Of a DNA stretch of 64,000 nt, positions 30,704-39,710 are shown piece after piece. The stretch is from Aggregatilineales bacterium (lineage in GTDB: Bacteria > Chloroflexota > Anaerolineae > Aggregatilineales > Phototrophicaceae). Made by a program: the position numbers and the translations under genes. Position 1 is the first letter of the stretch; each line of letters opens with the position of its first letter. The stretch lies in contig OY759986.1 of NCBI GenBank assembly GCA_963662925.1, positions 2,763,729 to 2,827,728 on the forward strand, written 5' to 3'. The notes under the pieces are model-generated. The model was not told the DNA's origin. It searched no databases and saw only the letters and a program-made list of their open reading frames with translations.

Positions 30704-32227
30704 ATGCTGAAGACGATGCCGCGAGAGCGCGCCGACATCAAACCAACGCGCCTGGAAATGGCTGAGCACTTCCGACATGGCGACCATGTGCCGGTCTATC
30801 GCACGCTGCTGGCCGATCTGGAGACGCCGGTATCGGTTTACATGAAGCTGAAAGAGGCGGGCAAGCCGGCTTTCCTGCTGGAGAGCGTCGAGGGCGGCGA
30901 ACAGGTGGGGCGTTATTCTTTCATCGGCGTGAACCCCAAAGGCCTGCTCAGCGTCCAGGACAATATCGTCACTTTCGAGCGCGACGGGGCGACGACGCGA
31001 TTCGCCATTCCGGAAGGGCAAGATCCGCTGCATGTCATCAAGCGGCACTTCCAGACGGTGAAGCCGGTGGCGCTGGAGGGCTTGCCGCGGCTGGTCGGGG
31101 GCGCGGTCGGCTATATGTCCTACGACATCGTGCGCTATTTTGAGGAATTGCCGGCGACCGCCAGCGATGACCTGCGCGTGCCGACAGTCGCCTTCATGCT
31201 GCCGGATACGCTGGTGATCTTTGATCACGCCATGCACCAGCTGATTGTGCTGGCGAACGCGCACAATACCGGCGACGATCCTGACGCCGCTTACGACCGG
31301 GCGATCGAAAGCATAGACGGCATCGTCGAGGCTCTGGCGGCGCCAATGGAGCATCAGGCTTACGATTTGCCGCAGAATGGATTGCGCGCCGACCCCAAAT
31401 CGAATGTCGAGAAGCGCGTTCACGAAGATCGCGTCCGCGTGGCGAAGGAGTATATCCGCGATGGCGATGCCTTCCAGATCGTGCTGGCGCAGCGCTTCAG
31501 CCGGCAGACCGAGGCCAGCCCGCTGCAGATTTACCGCGCTTTGCGGGCGACCAATCCATCGCCCTATATGTTTCTGCTGGAATTCAGCGATGACCTGACG
31601 CTGGTTGGGGCGTCGCCGGAGATGCTGGTGCGGCTGGAAGACGGCATCGCCTACAATCGGCCGCTGGCGGGCACGCGCCGCCGGGGCGCCACCGAGAAGG
31701 AAGACCTTGAACTCGAAGAAGAGCTCATCAACGACCCCAAAGAGCGGGCCGAGCACGTCATGCTGGTCGACCTGGGGCGCAACGACCTGGGGCGCGTCTG
31801 CGATTATGGCACGGTGCGCGTGACCAGGATGATGTATATCGAGCGCTACTCGCATGTGATGCACATCACCAGCCAGGTGGAAGGGAAGCTGCGCAAGGGC
31901 ATGGACGCCTTCGATCTCGTGCGCGCCACCTTCCCGGCCGGCACGCTCAGCGGGGCGCCAAAAGTGCGGGCGATGGAGATCATCGAAGAGCTGGAGGAGA
32001 CGCGGCGCGGACCCTACGGCGGGGCGGTCGGTTATTTCAGCTTTGACGGCTCGATGGACATGTGCATCACCATTCGCACGCTTTTGATGCAGAACGGCAG
32101 GATAAGCGTGCAGGCCGGCGGCGGCATTGTTGCCGACAGCGACCCGGAAGCGGAGTATTACGAGTCGATCAACAAAGCCAAAGCTGTTTTTGAAGCGGTC
32201 AAATATGCGGAAAACGGCTTGCAGTGA
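30704..32227 (+). CDS. trpE: Anthranilate synthase component I
   Basis: Start trimmed to MLKTMPRE after GGGAGG. Conserved LLESVEGG, the C-terminal chorismate-binding domain and GGAVGYF motifs are present. Confidence 0.95.
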   Translation: MLKTMPRERADIKPTRLEMAEHFRHGDHVPVYRTLLADLETPVSVYMKLKEAGKPAFLLESVEGGEQVGRYSFIGVNPKGLLSVQDNIVTFERDGATTRFAIPEGQDPLHVIKRHFQTVKPVALEGLPRLVGGAVGYMSYDIVRYFEELPATASDDLRVPTVAFMLPDTLVIFDHAMHQLIVLANAHNTGDDPDAAYDRAIESIDGIVEALAAPMEHQAYDLPQNGLRADPKSNVEKRVHEDRVRVAKEYIRDGDAFQIVLAQRFSRQTEASPLQIYRALRATNPSPYMFLLEFSDDLTLVGASPEMLVRLEDGIAYNRPLAGTRRRGATEKEDLELEEELINDPKERAEHVMLVDLGRNDLGRVCDYGTVRVTRMMYIERYSHVMHITSQVEGKLRKGMDAFDLVRATFPAGTLSGAPKVRAMEIIEELEETRRGPYGGAVGYFSFDGSMDMCITIRTLLMQNGRISVQAGGGIVADSDPEAEYYESINKAKAVFEAVKYAENGLQ

Positions 32228-32251
32228 TTGGAGCGTCCGCAACCATGAAAC

Positions 32252-32319
32252 TGTAGGGGCGACATGCCATGTCGCCCGCCACCAAGAAACTGTAGGGGCG
32301 ACATACCATGTCGCCCGCC
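32252..32319 (+). repeat. Two Family A REP-like units in tandem (39-bp spacing) in the trpE-trpG spacer
   Basis: TGTAGGGGCGACATGCCATGTCGCCCGCC (32252-32280; a 10-bp perfect palindrome) and TGTAGGGGCGACATACCATGTCGCCCGCC (32291-32319). Confidence 0.85.
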
Positions 32320-32337
32320 ATGCCTGGAGACCGGCAC

Positions 32338-32949
32338 ATGATACTCGTGATCGACAATTACGACAGCTTCACCTACAACATCGTGCAGGAATTGGGCGAG
32401 CTGGGCGCGAGGCTGACGGTGTATCGCAACGACAAAATCAGCGTGGACGAGGTTCGCGCGCTGGCGCCGGAGCGGATCGTGATTTCGCCCGGGCCCGGCT
32501 TCCCGATCGACGCCGGCGTATCGCTTGACCTGATACGCGAGCTGGGCGCGGAGATTCCGCTGCTGGGCGTCTGCCTGGGGCATCAGGCGATTGGCGAGGC
32601 TTATGGCGGCGTGGTCGTCCACGCGCCGGAATTGATGCACGGCAAGACGAGCATGATATATCATGAAGGCGACACGATACTGGGCGATATTCCCAATCCC
32701 TTCGAGGCGACGCGTTATCACAGCCTGATCGTGGAGGAGGCGAGCCTGCCCGATTGCCTGCAAATCACGGCGCGGACGGCGACTGGCGAGATCATGGGCT
32801 TTCGGCATCAGTCGCATCCGGTGATTGGCGTCCAGTTCCATCCGGAGAGCATTTTGACCGGCTATGGCTTGCAGATTCTGGGGAACTTTCTCAATTACGA
32901 ATTCTTCCGCCGCCCGCCAGAACGCGACGCCGCAGAGGCTGTTCGGTGA
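32338..32949 (+). CDS. trpG: Anthranilate synthase component II (glutamine amidotransferase; possibly shared PabA)
   Basis: Start trimmed to [14 protein letters not shown] (GGAGA lies 7 nt upstream). The class I GATase triad context is GVCLGHQ...FHPES. Confidence 0.9.
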   Translation: MILVIDNYDSFTYNIVQELGELGARLTVYRNDKISVDEVRALAPERIVISPGPGFPIDAGVSLDLIRELGAEIPLLGVCLGHQAIGEAYGGVVVHAPELMHGKTSMIYHEGDTILGDIPNPFEATRYHSLIVEEASLPDCLQITARTATGEIMGFRHQSHPVIGVQFHPESILTGYGLQILGNFLNYEFFRRPPERDAAEAVR

Positions 32950-33004
32950 ATTGCCCGCCAAAGCGCTAACTTGCAACTGCCTGGCTAGACAAAAGGAACA
33001 AAGC

Positions 33005-34036
33005 ATGAACATTCAACAAGCGATTGACGGCTTGAGCCGCTACGGTCATCTGAACGCCGACCAGGCGGAGTCGGTCATGCGGCAGATCATGACCGGCGGC
33101 GCCACCGAGGCGCAAATCGGCGCTTATTTGATGGCGCTGCGCATGAAGGGCGAGACGATTGACGAGATCACCGGCAGCGCGCGCGCCATGCGCAAGGCGG
33201 CGAGCAAAGTGCCGACCAATGTCGATGCCGATCTGCTCGATCCCGTCGGCACCGGCGGCGACAAATCGGGCACTTTCAACATCAGCACGACTTCGGCTTT
33301 CGTCGCGGCGGGCGCGGGCATCCCGGTGGCGAAACATGGCAACCGCGCCTCGACCAGCAAATGCGGCAGCGCCGACGTACTGGCGGAGCTGGGGGTGAAC
33401 CTCGAGCTGAGCCCGGAGCAGGTGGGCCGCTGCGTTGACGAGATCGGCATCGGTTTCCTCTTCGCGGTGAAGCTGCATCCCGCCATGCGTCACGCGATCG
33501 GTCCGCGGCGGCAGCTCGGCGTGCGCACGATCTTCAACATCCTGGGTCCGCTGACCAATCCCGCCGGGGCGCAGCGCATGTTCATCGGCGTTTTCGCGGC
33601 GGAGATGACCGATTTGCTGGCGCAGGTCTTGAAGCTGCTGGGCGCGAAATCGGCGATGGTCGTCAACGGTTATGGCGGGCTGGACGAACTGACGGTGACC
33701 GGACCGAATCGCATCAGCTATTTGCGGGAGGACGGCGATGTCACGCATTTGGATGTCGACCCGACCGAACTCGGCTTCCACATGGCGAGCATCAACGACT
33801 TGAAAGGCGATGACGCGCCAACGAACGCCGCGATACTGCGGGCTGTGCTCGATGGCAGCGACCATGGTCCGAAGCGCGATGTCACGCTTTTGAACGCCGG
33901 CGGGGCGATCATGGCGGCGGGACGGGCGAGCACGATCGCGGACGGCATCGTCATCGCCCGCGACAGCCTCGATAGCGGCCTGGCGCTGAAGAAGCTCGAC
34001 GATCTGATCGCCATGAGCCAGAGTTTCGCCGCATGA
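33005..34036 (+). CDS. trpD: Anthranilate phosphoribosyltransferase
   Basis: Start trimmed to MNIQQAIDG (AAAGGAA upstream). GTGGD, KHGNRA.SS..GSADVLE motifs are present. Confidence 0.95.
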   Translation: MNIQQAIDGLSRYGHLNADQAESVMRQIMTGGATEAQIGAYLMALRMKGETIDEITGSARAMRKAASKVPTNVDADLLDPVGTGGDKSGTFNISTTSAFVAAGAGIPVAKHGNRASTSKCGSADVLAELGVNLELSPEQVGRCVDEIGIGFLFAVKLHPAMRHAIGPRRQLGVRTIFNILGPLTNPAGAQRMFIGVFAAEMTDLLAQVLKLLGAKSAMVVNGYGGLDELTVTGPNRISYLREDGDVTHLDVDPTELGFHMASINDLKGDDAPTNAAILRAVLDGSDHGPKRDVTLLNAGGAIMAAGRASTIADGIVIARDSLDSGLALKKLDDLIAMSQSFAA

Positions 34037-34920
34037 GCCAAGCCTTCGTCGCCACCGACACCGTCCTTGATCGCATCCTCGCGCGCAAAGTGACGGAGCT
34101 GGACGAGGCGCGGGCGCGCGTATCTGAGCGGGTGATGATTCGCCGCGCGGAGGGATCGGCGTATGCTACGCGGGATATGCTGGCGGCGCTGAAGTCCGAG
34201 CGCGTCAGCCTGGTGGCGGAGGTCAAGCGGGCGTCGCCAAGCAAAGGGACGCTGACGGAAGATTTCGCCCCGGTGATGCTGGCGGCGACCTATGCGCAGA
34301 ATGGCGCGTCGGCGATATCGGTGCTGACGGACGAAGACTTCTTCCAGGGCAGCCTGCGGTATCTGCGGGCGATACGCGAGGCGGTCGCGGCGCCGATCCT
34401 GCGCAAAGACTTCGTCATCGATTCTTATCAGGTCTATGAGGGGCGCTGGGCGGGGGCGGACGCTATTCTGCTGATTGTGGCGGCGCTATCCGACGGGCAG
34501 CTGGCGGATCTGTACGCCTTGACAGCTGATCTCGAGATGACGGCGCTGGTGGAAGCGCATGACGAATGGGAGATGGAGCGGGCGCTGCGGCTGGGCGCGA
34601 CGCTGATCGGCGTCAACAACCGCGACTTGAAGACCTTCCATGTGGATCTGGGCACGACGGCGCGGCTGGCGGGGATGGTGGATGATGATGTCGTCCTGGT
34701 GGCCGAGAGCGGCATTTTCAGCGCCGCCGACGCCCGCGAGATGGGGCGGCTGGGCGCGGATGCCATCCTCGTCGGCGAGGCATTGATGAAAGCGCCCGAC
34801 ACGGTTTCCCTGGTGCGCGAATTGAGCGCTCAGCCAATTCTCAAGCTGTACGAGCGACCCTTGGCTCGCACGCCCAAACCCAAAAATCAGGATATTGACC
34901 ACAGGAGAATAACCAAGTAA
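34033..34920 (+). CDS. trpC: Indole-3-glycerol phosphate synthase
   Basis: ATGA overlap with the trpD stop. Contains EVKRASPSKG, LRKDF and INNRDL motifs. There is a ~30-aa non-conserved C-terminal tail, and the stop lies inside the Family C element. Confidence 0.9.
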   Translation: MSQAFVATDTVLDRILARKVTELDEARARVSERVMIRRAEGSAYATRDMLAALKSERVSLVAEVKRASPSKGTLTEDFAPVMLAATYAQNGASAISVLTDEDFFQGSLRYLRAIREAVAAPILRKDFVIDSYQVYEGRWAGADAILLIVAALSDGQLADLYALTADLEMTALVEAHDEWEMERALRLGATLIGVNNRDLKTFHVDLGTTARLAGMVDDDVVLVAESGIFSAADAREMGRLGADAILVGEALMKAPDTVSLVRELSAQPILKLYERPLARTPKPKNQDIDHRRITK

Positions 34921-35041
34921 GTAATTCGAAAGACTCGCCACCGAGGACACCGAGCAAATCGAGTACACCGAGAGAAAAGCATGGTTTTTCTCTGTGCGCT
35001 CTGTGCCTCTGTGGCAAATCGATGTTTCATGACTTACTTGG
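34913..35041 (-). mobile_element. Family C MITE-like repeat, copy 2 (129 bp) in the trpC-trpF spacer
   Basis: Terminal inverted repeats are CCAAGTAAGTAAT (34913-34925) and ATGACTTACTTGG (35029-35041), matching at 12 of 13 positions. The internal long imperfect hairpin is built of CACAGAG/CTCGGTG-type motifs. It is homologous to 17097-17235 in the opposite orientation. Confidence 0.75.
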
Positions 35042-35065
35042 ACTTGCTGGGGAAGGCTTAGCAAG

Positions 35066-35731
35066 GTGACCAAAGTCAAGATATGCGGCATTCGCTCCAG
35101 CGAGAACGCGCTGATGGTGGCGCGTCTGGGGGCGGATATGATCGGCTTGAACTTCTATCCGGAGTCGCCGCGTTATATTGCGCCGGAGAACGCGCGAGAG
35201 CTTGTTCGGCGGCTGCGCGAGGAGCTGGGAGGCGCTTGCCCGGTTATTGTGGGCGTCTTCGTAAACGCCTCAGCCGAAGACATCCGCGAGATTGTCGAGC
35301 TTGCCGACCTGGATTACGCGCAGCTGAACGGCGACGAATCGCTTGCGACCCTGCGCGACCTGGCGGGGCTGGCCTTCAAGGTGATTCGCCCGGCCGATGA
35401 AGCGGCGGCCGGGGCCGCGCTGGACGCTTTGACGGCGGATTTTCTCAACTGCGTCGACGCGCCTTCGGTGCTGCTGGACGCCTTCAATCCCAAGCTGTAT
35501 GGCGGCACGGGCGAAACCGCGAGCGAGAGCATCGCCCTGGCGGTGAAGGCGGCCGCGCCCCGTATGATGCTGGCGGGCGGGCTGAAGCCGGCGAATGTCG
35601 CCGAGCGCGTTCGCCGTATCCGTCCCTGGGGCGTCGATGTCGCCAGCGGCGTGGAAGCGGGAACGCCCGGCCTCAAGGACGCGGGCAAGGTGGCCGCCTT
35701 TATCGACGCGGTCCGGGCGGCGGAGGCATGA
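35066..35731 (+). CDS. trpF: Phosphoribosylanthranilate isomerase
   Basis: GTG start. MTKVKICGI... is the typical TrpF N-terminus. 221 aa. Confidence 0.9.
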   Translation: MTKVKICGIRSSENALMVARLGADMIGLNFYPESPRYIAPENARELVRRLREELGGACPVIVGVFVNASAEDIREIVELADLDYAQLNGDESLATLRDLAGLAFKVIRPADEAAAGAALDALTADFLNCVDAPSVLLDAFNPKLYGGTGETASESIALAVKAAAPRMMLAGGLKPANVAERVRRIRPWGVDVASGVEAGTPGLKDAGKVAAFIDAVRAAEA

Positions 35732-36351
35732 GCGAGCGCTTCGACATCTATGACGAGGCGCTGAATCACATCGGCGTCAAAGCGCGCGACGCCGTCCATC
35801 GCGATGGCGACTGGCATCAGGTGTTTCACTGCTGGGTGATCGGGCGCGAAGCCGCTGGCGACGCCTTCCTGGTCTTGCAGAAACGGCGGCATTGCCGCGA
35901 TTATCCAAATATGATCGACATCAGCGCGGCCGGGCATTTGGCGGCGGGCGAAACCGCGCGAGATGGCGTCCGCGAAATGGAAGAGGAGTTGGGGCTCAAA
36001 GTGGCTTTCGACGACCTGATTCCGCTGGGCAGGCGCGTGGGAATCAATCGGGCGGGCGGCTTCGTCGACCGCCAGATCTGCCATGTTTTCCTTTGCGAAT
36101 GCGACGCGCCGCTCGAATCGTACGCCTATCAGCGGGAAGAGATCGCCGGGTTGATCAAGCTGCGGATTGAGGACGCCCGGCGATTGCAGGCGGGCGACAT
36201 TGACTGCGTAACCGCGCCGGCAGTCGGCTTGGGCGCGCCCCGGATCGCGGTGAGGCGCTCAGATTTCATTCCCAGCGTGGACAACTATTTGATGAAAATA
36301 CTGATTCTTGCCCAGCGCTATTTTACCGGTGAAAAGGAACTGTGGATCTAG
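35728..36351 (+). CDS. Nudix hydrolase
   Basis: ATGA overlap with the trpF stop. Nudix-box-like sequence GHLAAGETARDGVREMEEELGL. 207 aa. Confidence 0.8.
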   Translation: MSERFDIYDEALNHIGVKARDAVHRDGDWHQVFHCWVIGREAAGDAFLVLQKRRHCRDYPNMIDISAAGHLAAGETARDGVREMEEELGLKVAFDDLIPLGRRVGINRAGGFVDRQICHVFLCECDAPLESYAYQREEIAGLIKLRIEDARRLQAGDIDCVTAPAVGLGAPRIAVRRSDFIPSVDNYLMKILILAQRYFTGEKELWI

Positions 36352-36370
36352 CGTCCGCCAACACGAAAAC

Positions 36371-36477
36371 TGTAGACACACGCGCCGCCCTGCGACCGCC
36401 CACGCAAAAAACCTTGCGGCTCGCAGCGGCAACTCCCCTTCCCTAGCTTGCTGGGGCAAGGGGCCGGGGGATGGGGT
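36371..36477 (+). repeat. Family B composite repeat, full copy (107 bp)
   Basis: TGTAGACACACGCGCCGCCCTGCGACCGCCCACGCAAAAAACCTTGCGGCTCGC...CTCCCCTTCCCTAGCTTGCTGGGGCAAGGGGCCGGGGGATGGGGT is near-identical in its 3' half to 49171-49213. Confidence 0.8.
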
Positions 36478-36527
36478 ATTGCACGCGCAACGTAAACAGG
36501 AGCGCTCCTTTGGTCGCCCGCGGAATT

Positions 36528-36556
36528 TGTAGGGGCGACTCTGTGAGTCGCCCGCC
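36528..36556 (+). repeat. Family A REP-like unit
   Basis: TGTAGGGGCGACTCTGTGAGTCGCCCGCC, just upstream of trpB. Confidence 0.75.
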
Positions 36557-36564
36557 AATAAGCA

Positions 36565-37813
<1,249 letters not shown>

Positions 37814-37818
<5 letters not shown>

Positions 37819-37888
37819 GGGCTGGCCGCCGGGTCGCCCGCAGACCGTCTCGCTAGCTTGTACGGGCGAGCCGCCGGCTCGCCCCTAC
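37814..37888. repeat. Inverted doublet of Family A units (REPIN-like) in the trpB-trpA spacer
   Basis: TGTAGGGGCTGGCCGCCGGGTCGCCCGC (37814-37841, plus orientation) and ACGGGCGAGCCGCCGGCTCGCCCCTAC (37862-37888, minus orientation), separated by 20 nt. Confidence 0.75.
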
Positions 37889-37919
37889 GAACGAAGATTA
37901 AGGCGCAATCGAGGAAACG

Positions 37920-38729
37920 ATGAAACACACGCGAGATCATCACGGCATTGCCGCCCTGGACGCGATGTTCGCCAAAGCCAAGGCGGAGAAGCGCGCGGCT
38001 TTTCTGCCCTATTTCTGCATCGGTTATCCCGATTATGAGGAGTCGCTGCGCGCCATAGAAGCGGTCGCGGAGCTCGGCGTGGACGGCTTCGAGATCGGCA
38101 TGCCCTTCAGCGATCCGATCGCCGATGGACCTACGATCCAGGCGGCGACTCAGATCGCGCTGGAGCAGGGCACGACCGCGCGCAAATGCCTCGACGCGGT
38201 GCGAACTTTGCGGGCGCGGGGCCTCAGGCAGCCGATGCTGATGATGAGTTACGCCAATCCGCTCGTCGCTTACGGCCCCGTTCGCTTTGTTCGCGATGCC
38301 CGCGCGGCCGGCGCCGACGGCTTGATCGTGCCCGATTTGCCGCCGGAAGAAGCCGGCATGTTCGCCGAAAGCTGCGAACGCGAGGGGCTGGCGCTGGTCT
38401 TTTTCCTGGCGCCGACCAGCAATGAAGAGCGCATCGCTTTTGCGACCGCGAAAGCCAGCGGCTTCATCTACGTCGTGTCGCTGACCGGTATCACCGGCGC
38501 GCGCAAAGACTTGCCGGCTTATCTGAGGGCTTACATCGCTCGCCTGCGCGCCAAGACCGACATGCCGCTGGTGCTGGGCTTCGGCATCAGCACGCCCGAG
38601 CACGCGCGGCAGCTGCGCGGCTTGACCGATGGCTTCATCGTCGCCTCGGCGCTGATTCGGGCCTGGGAGCGCGGGTTTGATGACATGCTGGCGCTGGCCG
38701 GCGAAATCTTCGCCACGATCCAAGGATGA
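37920..38729 (+). CDS. trpA: Tryptophan synthase alpha chain
   Basis: 269 aa, with GAGGAAAC upstream. Contains GFEIGMPFSDPIADGPTIQ and the typical GFGIS motif. Confidence 0.95.
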   Translation: MKHTRDHHGIAALDAMFAKAKAEKRAAFLPYFCIGYPDYEESLRAIEAVAELGVDGFEIGMPFSDPIADGPTIQAATQIALEQGTTARKCLDAVRTLRARGLRQPMLMMSYANPLVAYGPVRFVRDARAAGADGLIVPDLPPEEAGMFAESCEREGLALVFFLAPTSNEERIAFATAKASGFIYVVSLTGITGARKDLPAYLRAYIARLRAKTDMPLVLGFGISTPEHARQLRGLTDGFIVASALIRAWERGFDDMLALAGEIFATIQG

Positions 38730-38833
38730 TTTACCATCGAGAACGCCGAGATTATTGAGGACACCGCGGCGAATTGGAGCAAGCGACTGGAATGTCTCTC
38801 ATTGGCGCGGCCAATCCAACATGAGTTGACGTC

Positions 38834-38887
38834 TTTACGGGCGAGGCGGCGACTCGCCCAATGACCATACTCGCAGCGAAAACAGAG
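38834..38887 (+). repeat. Variant REP-like composite (..CGAGGCGG.GACTCGCCCAATG.C.A.ACTCGCA..G.AAACAG)
   Basis: Aligns by eye with 60979-61032 and 61140-61193. A further fragment, CTTGCCAGGTCGCCCGG, is at 38977-38993. Confidence 0.55.
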
Positions 38888-39037
38888 ACGAGTCGGCGAG
38901 TCGCCTGTACACGCCTCCTCGTGCGGGCGCGAGGCCCGGGGGGCGGGTTTGCCGCTCGCAACGCAAATTGAAGAGACTTGCCAGGTCGCCCGGACGCTTC
39001 ACTTGTCCGGGGAGCGAAAATCGTAAAAGCCTTCCTA

Positions 39038-39066
39038 TTGACAGACTGCCGACGCAACGGTAGTCT
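39038..39066 (+). promoter_or_regulatory. Internal sigma70-type promoter (TTGACA-N17-TAGTCT) upstream of aroH
   Basis: -35 at 39038-39043, a 17-nt spacer, and -10 at 39061-39066. Confidence 0.5.
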
Positions 39067-39101
39067 AGGCGCGAAGCACGGCAAATTGCCCGAGGGCCGA
39101 C

Positions 39102-39188
39102 ATGCGCAATTTACAGGTCGCCACTTTTCGCTATTATTGCAACCCAAACTGCATAGACCAGTCCGGGGTGATTCGCGCTGTCAACTGA
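39102..39188 (+). CDS. Candidate leader peptide (28 aa, MRNLQVATFRYYCNPNCIDQSGVIRAVN)
   Basis: ATG preceded by GAGGG (5-nt gap). Contains a Phe-Arg-Tyr-Tyr cluster. The stop lies 30 nt before the terminator stem. Too short for the ORF track and unsupported by homology. Confidence 0.25.
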   Translation: MRNLQVATFRYYCNPNCIDQSGVIRAVN

Positions 39189-39218
39189 AGTCAGACGCTG
39201 ACATGAACAAGAGCAGGG

Positions 39219-39250
39219 GCGCGGGGTGAAGCACTCGGCGCTTTTTTGTT
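39219..39250 (+). terminator. Intrinsic terminator/attenuator 23 nt upstream of aroH
   Basis: Stem GCGCGGGGTG/CACTCGGCGC (10 positions, with one mismatch and one G:T), loop AAG, then TTTTTTGTT. Confidence 0.6.
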
Positions 39251-39272
39251 ATAGGCAGGAAGAAGGCCAGAC

Positions 39273-39710
39273 ATGATACGAGGCGTACGCGGCGCGACTA
39301 CCGTTGAGCACAATTCGAGGCGGGCGATCATGGACGCCACGCGCGAGCTGCTCGCCACGATGATCGACTGCAACGACATCGCCGAAGACGACGTGGCGAG
39401 CATCCTCTTCACGGCCACGCCCGGGCTGGACGCCGCTTATCCCGCGGCCGCCGCGCGCGAGTTTGGCTGGACGCGCACTGCCCTTATGGGTTTCCAGGAG
39501 GCGCATGTCATCAACGGCTTGCAGCAATGCGTTCGCGTGCTGATTCATTGGAATACGGATAAGCCGATGGACGAAATCCAGCATGTGTTTCTGCGTGGCG
39601 CAGTCACTCTGCGGCCCGATCTGCAACCTCATTCGGCCTCCCCCCAGCGCTTAGAGGGGGCCAAGGGTGGCGCGGCCGCCGGGCGCGACAAGGAAGCGGG
39701 GGGCGGCTGA
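39273..39710 (+). CDS. aroH: Chorismate mutase, AroH class
   Basis: MIRGVRGATTVE... is the hallmark AroH N-terminus. A ~25-aa C-terminal extension is present. The stop overlaps the tyrA ATG by 1 nt. Confidence 0.85.
   Translation: MIRGVRGATTVEHNSRRAIMDATRELLATMIDCNDIAEDDVASILFTATPGLDAAYPAAAAREFGWTRTALMGFQEAHVINGLQQCVRVLIHWNTDKPMDEIQHVFLRGAVTLRPDLQPHSASPQRLEGAKGGAAAGRDKEAGGG

Noticed and set aside
30008-32242. Very long antisense ORFs opposite well-supported genes. Examples: 744 aa opposite trpE, 1462-2739, 12790-14136, 24716-26137, 43900-45600, 62309-63790, 36259-37281 and 39629-41059.
   Set aside because: They are typical high-GC shadow frames. They are Arg/Ala/Gly/Asp-rich with no family motifs, and each lies exactly opposite a gene carrying strong conserved signatures (trpE, ABC, uvrB, ligA, aroKB, trpB, tyrA/aroA).
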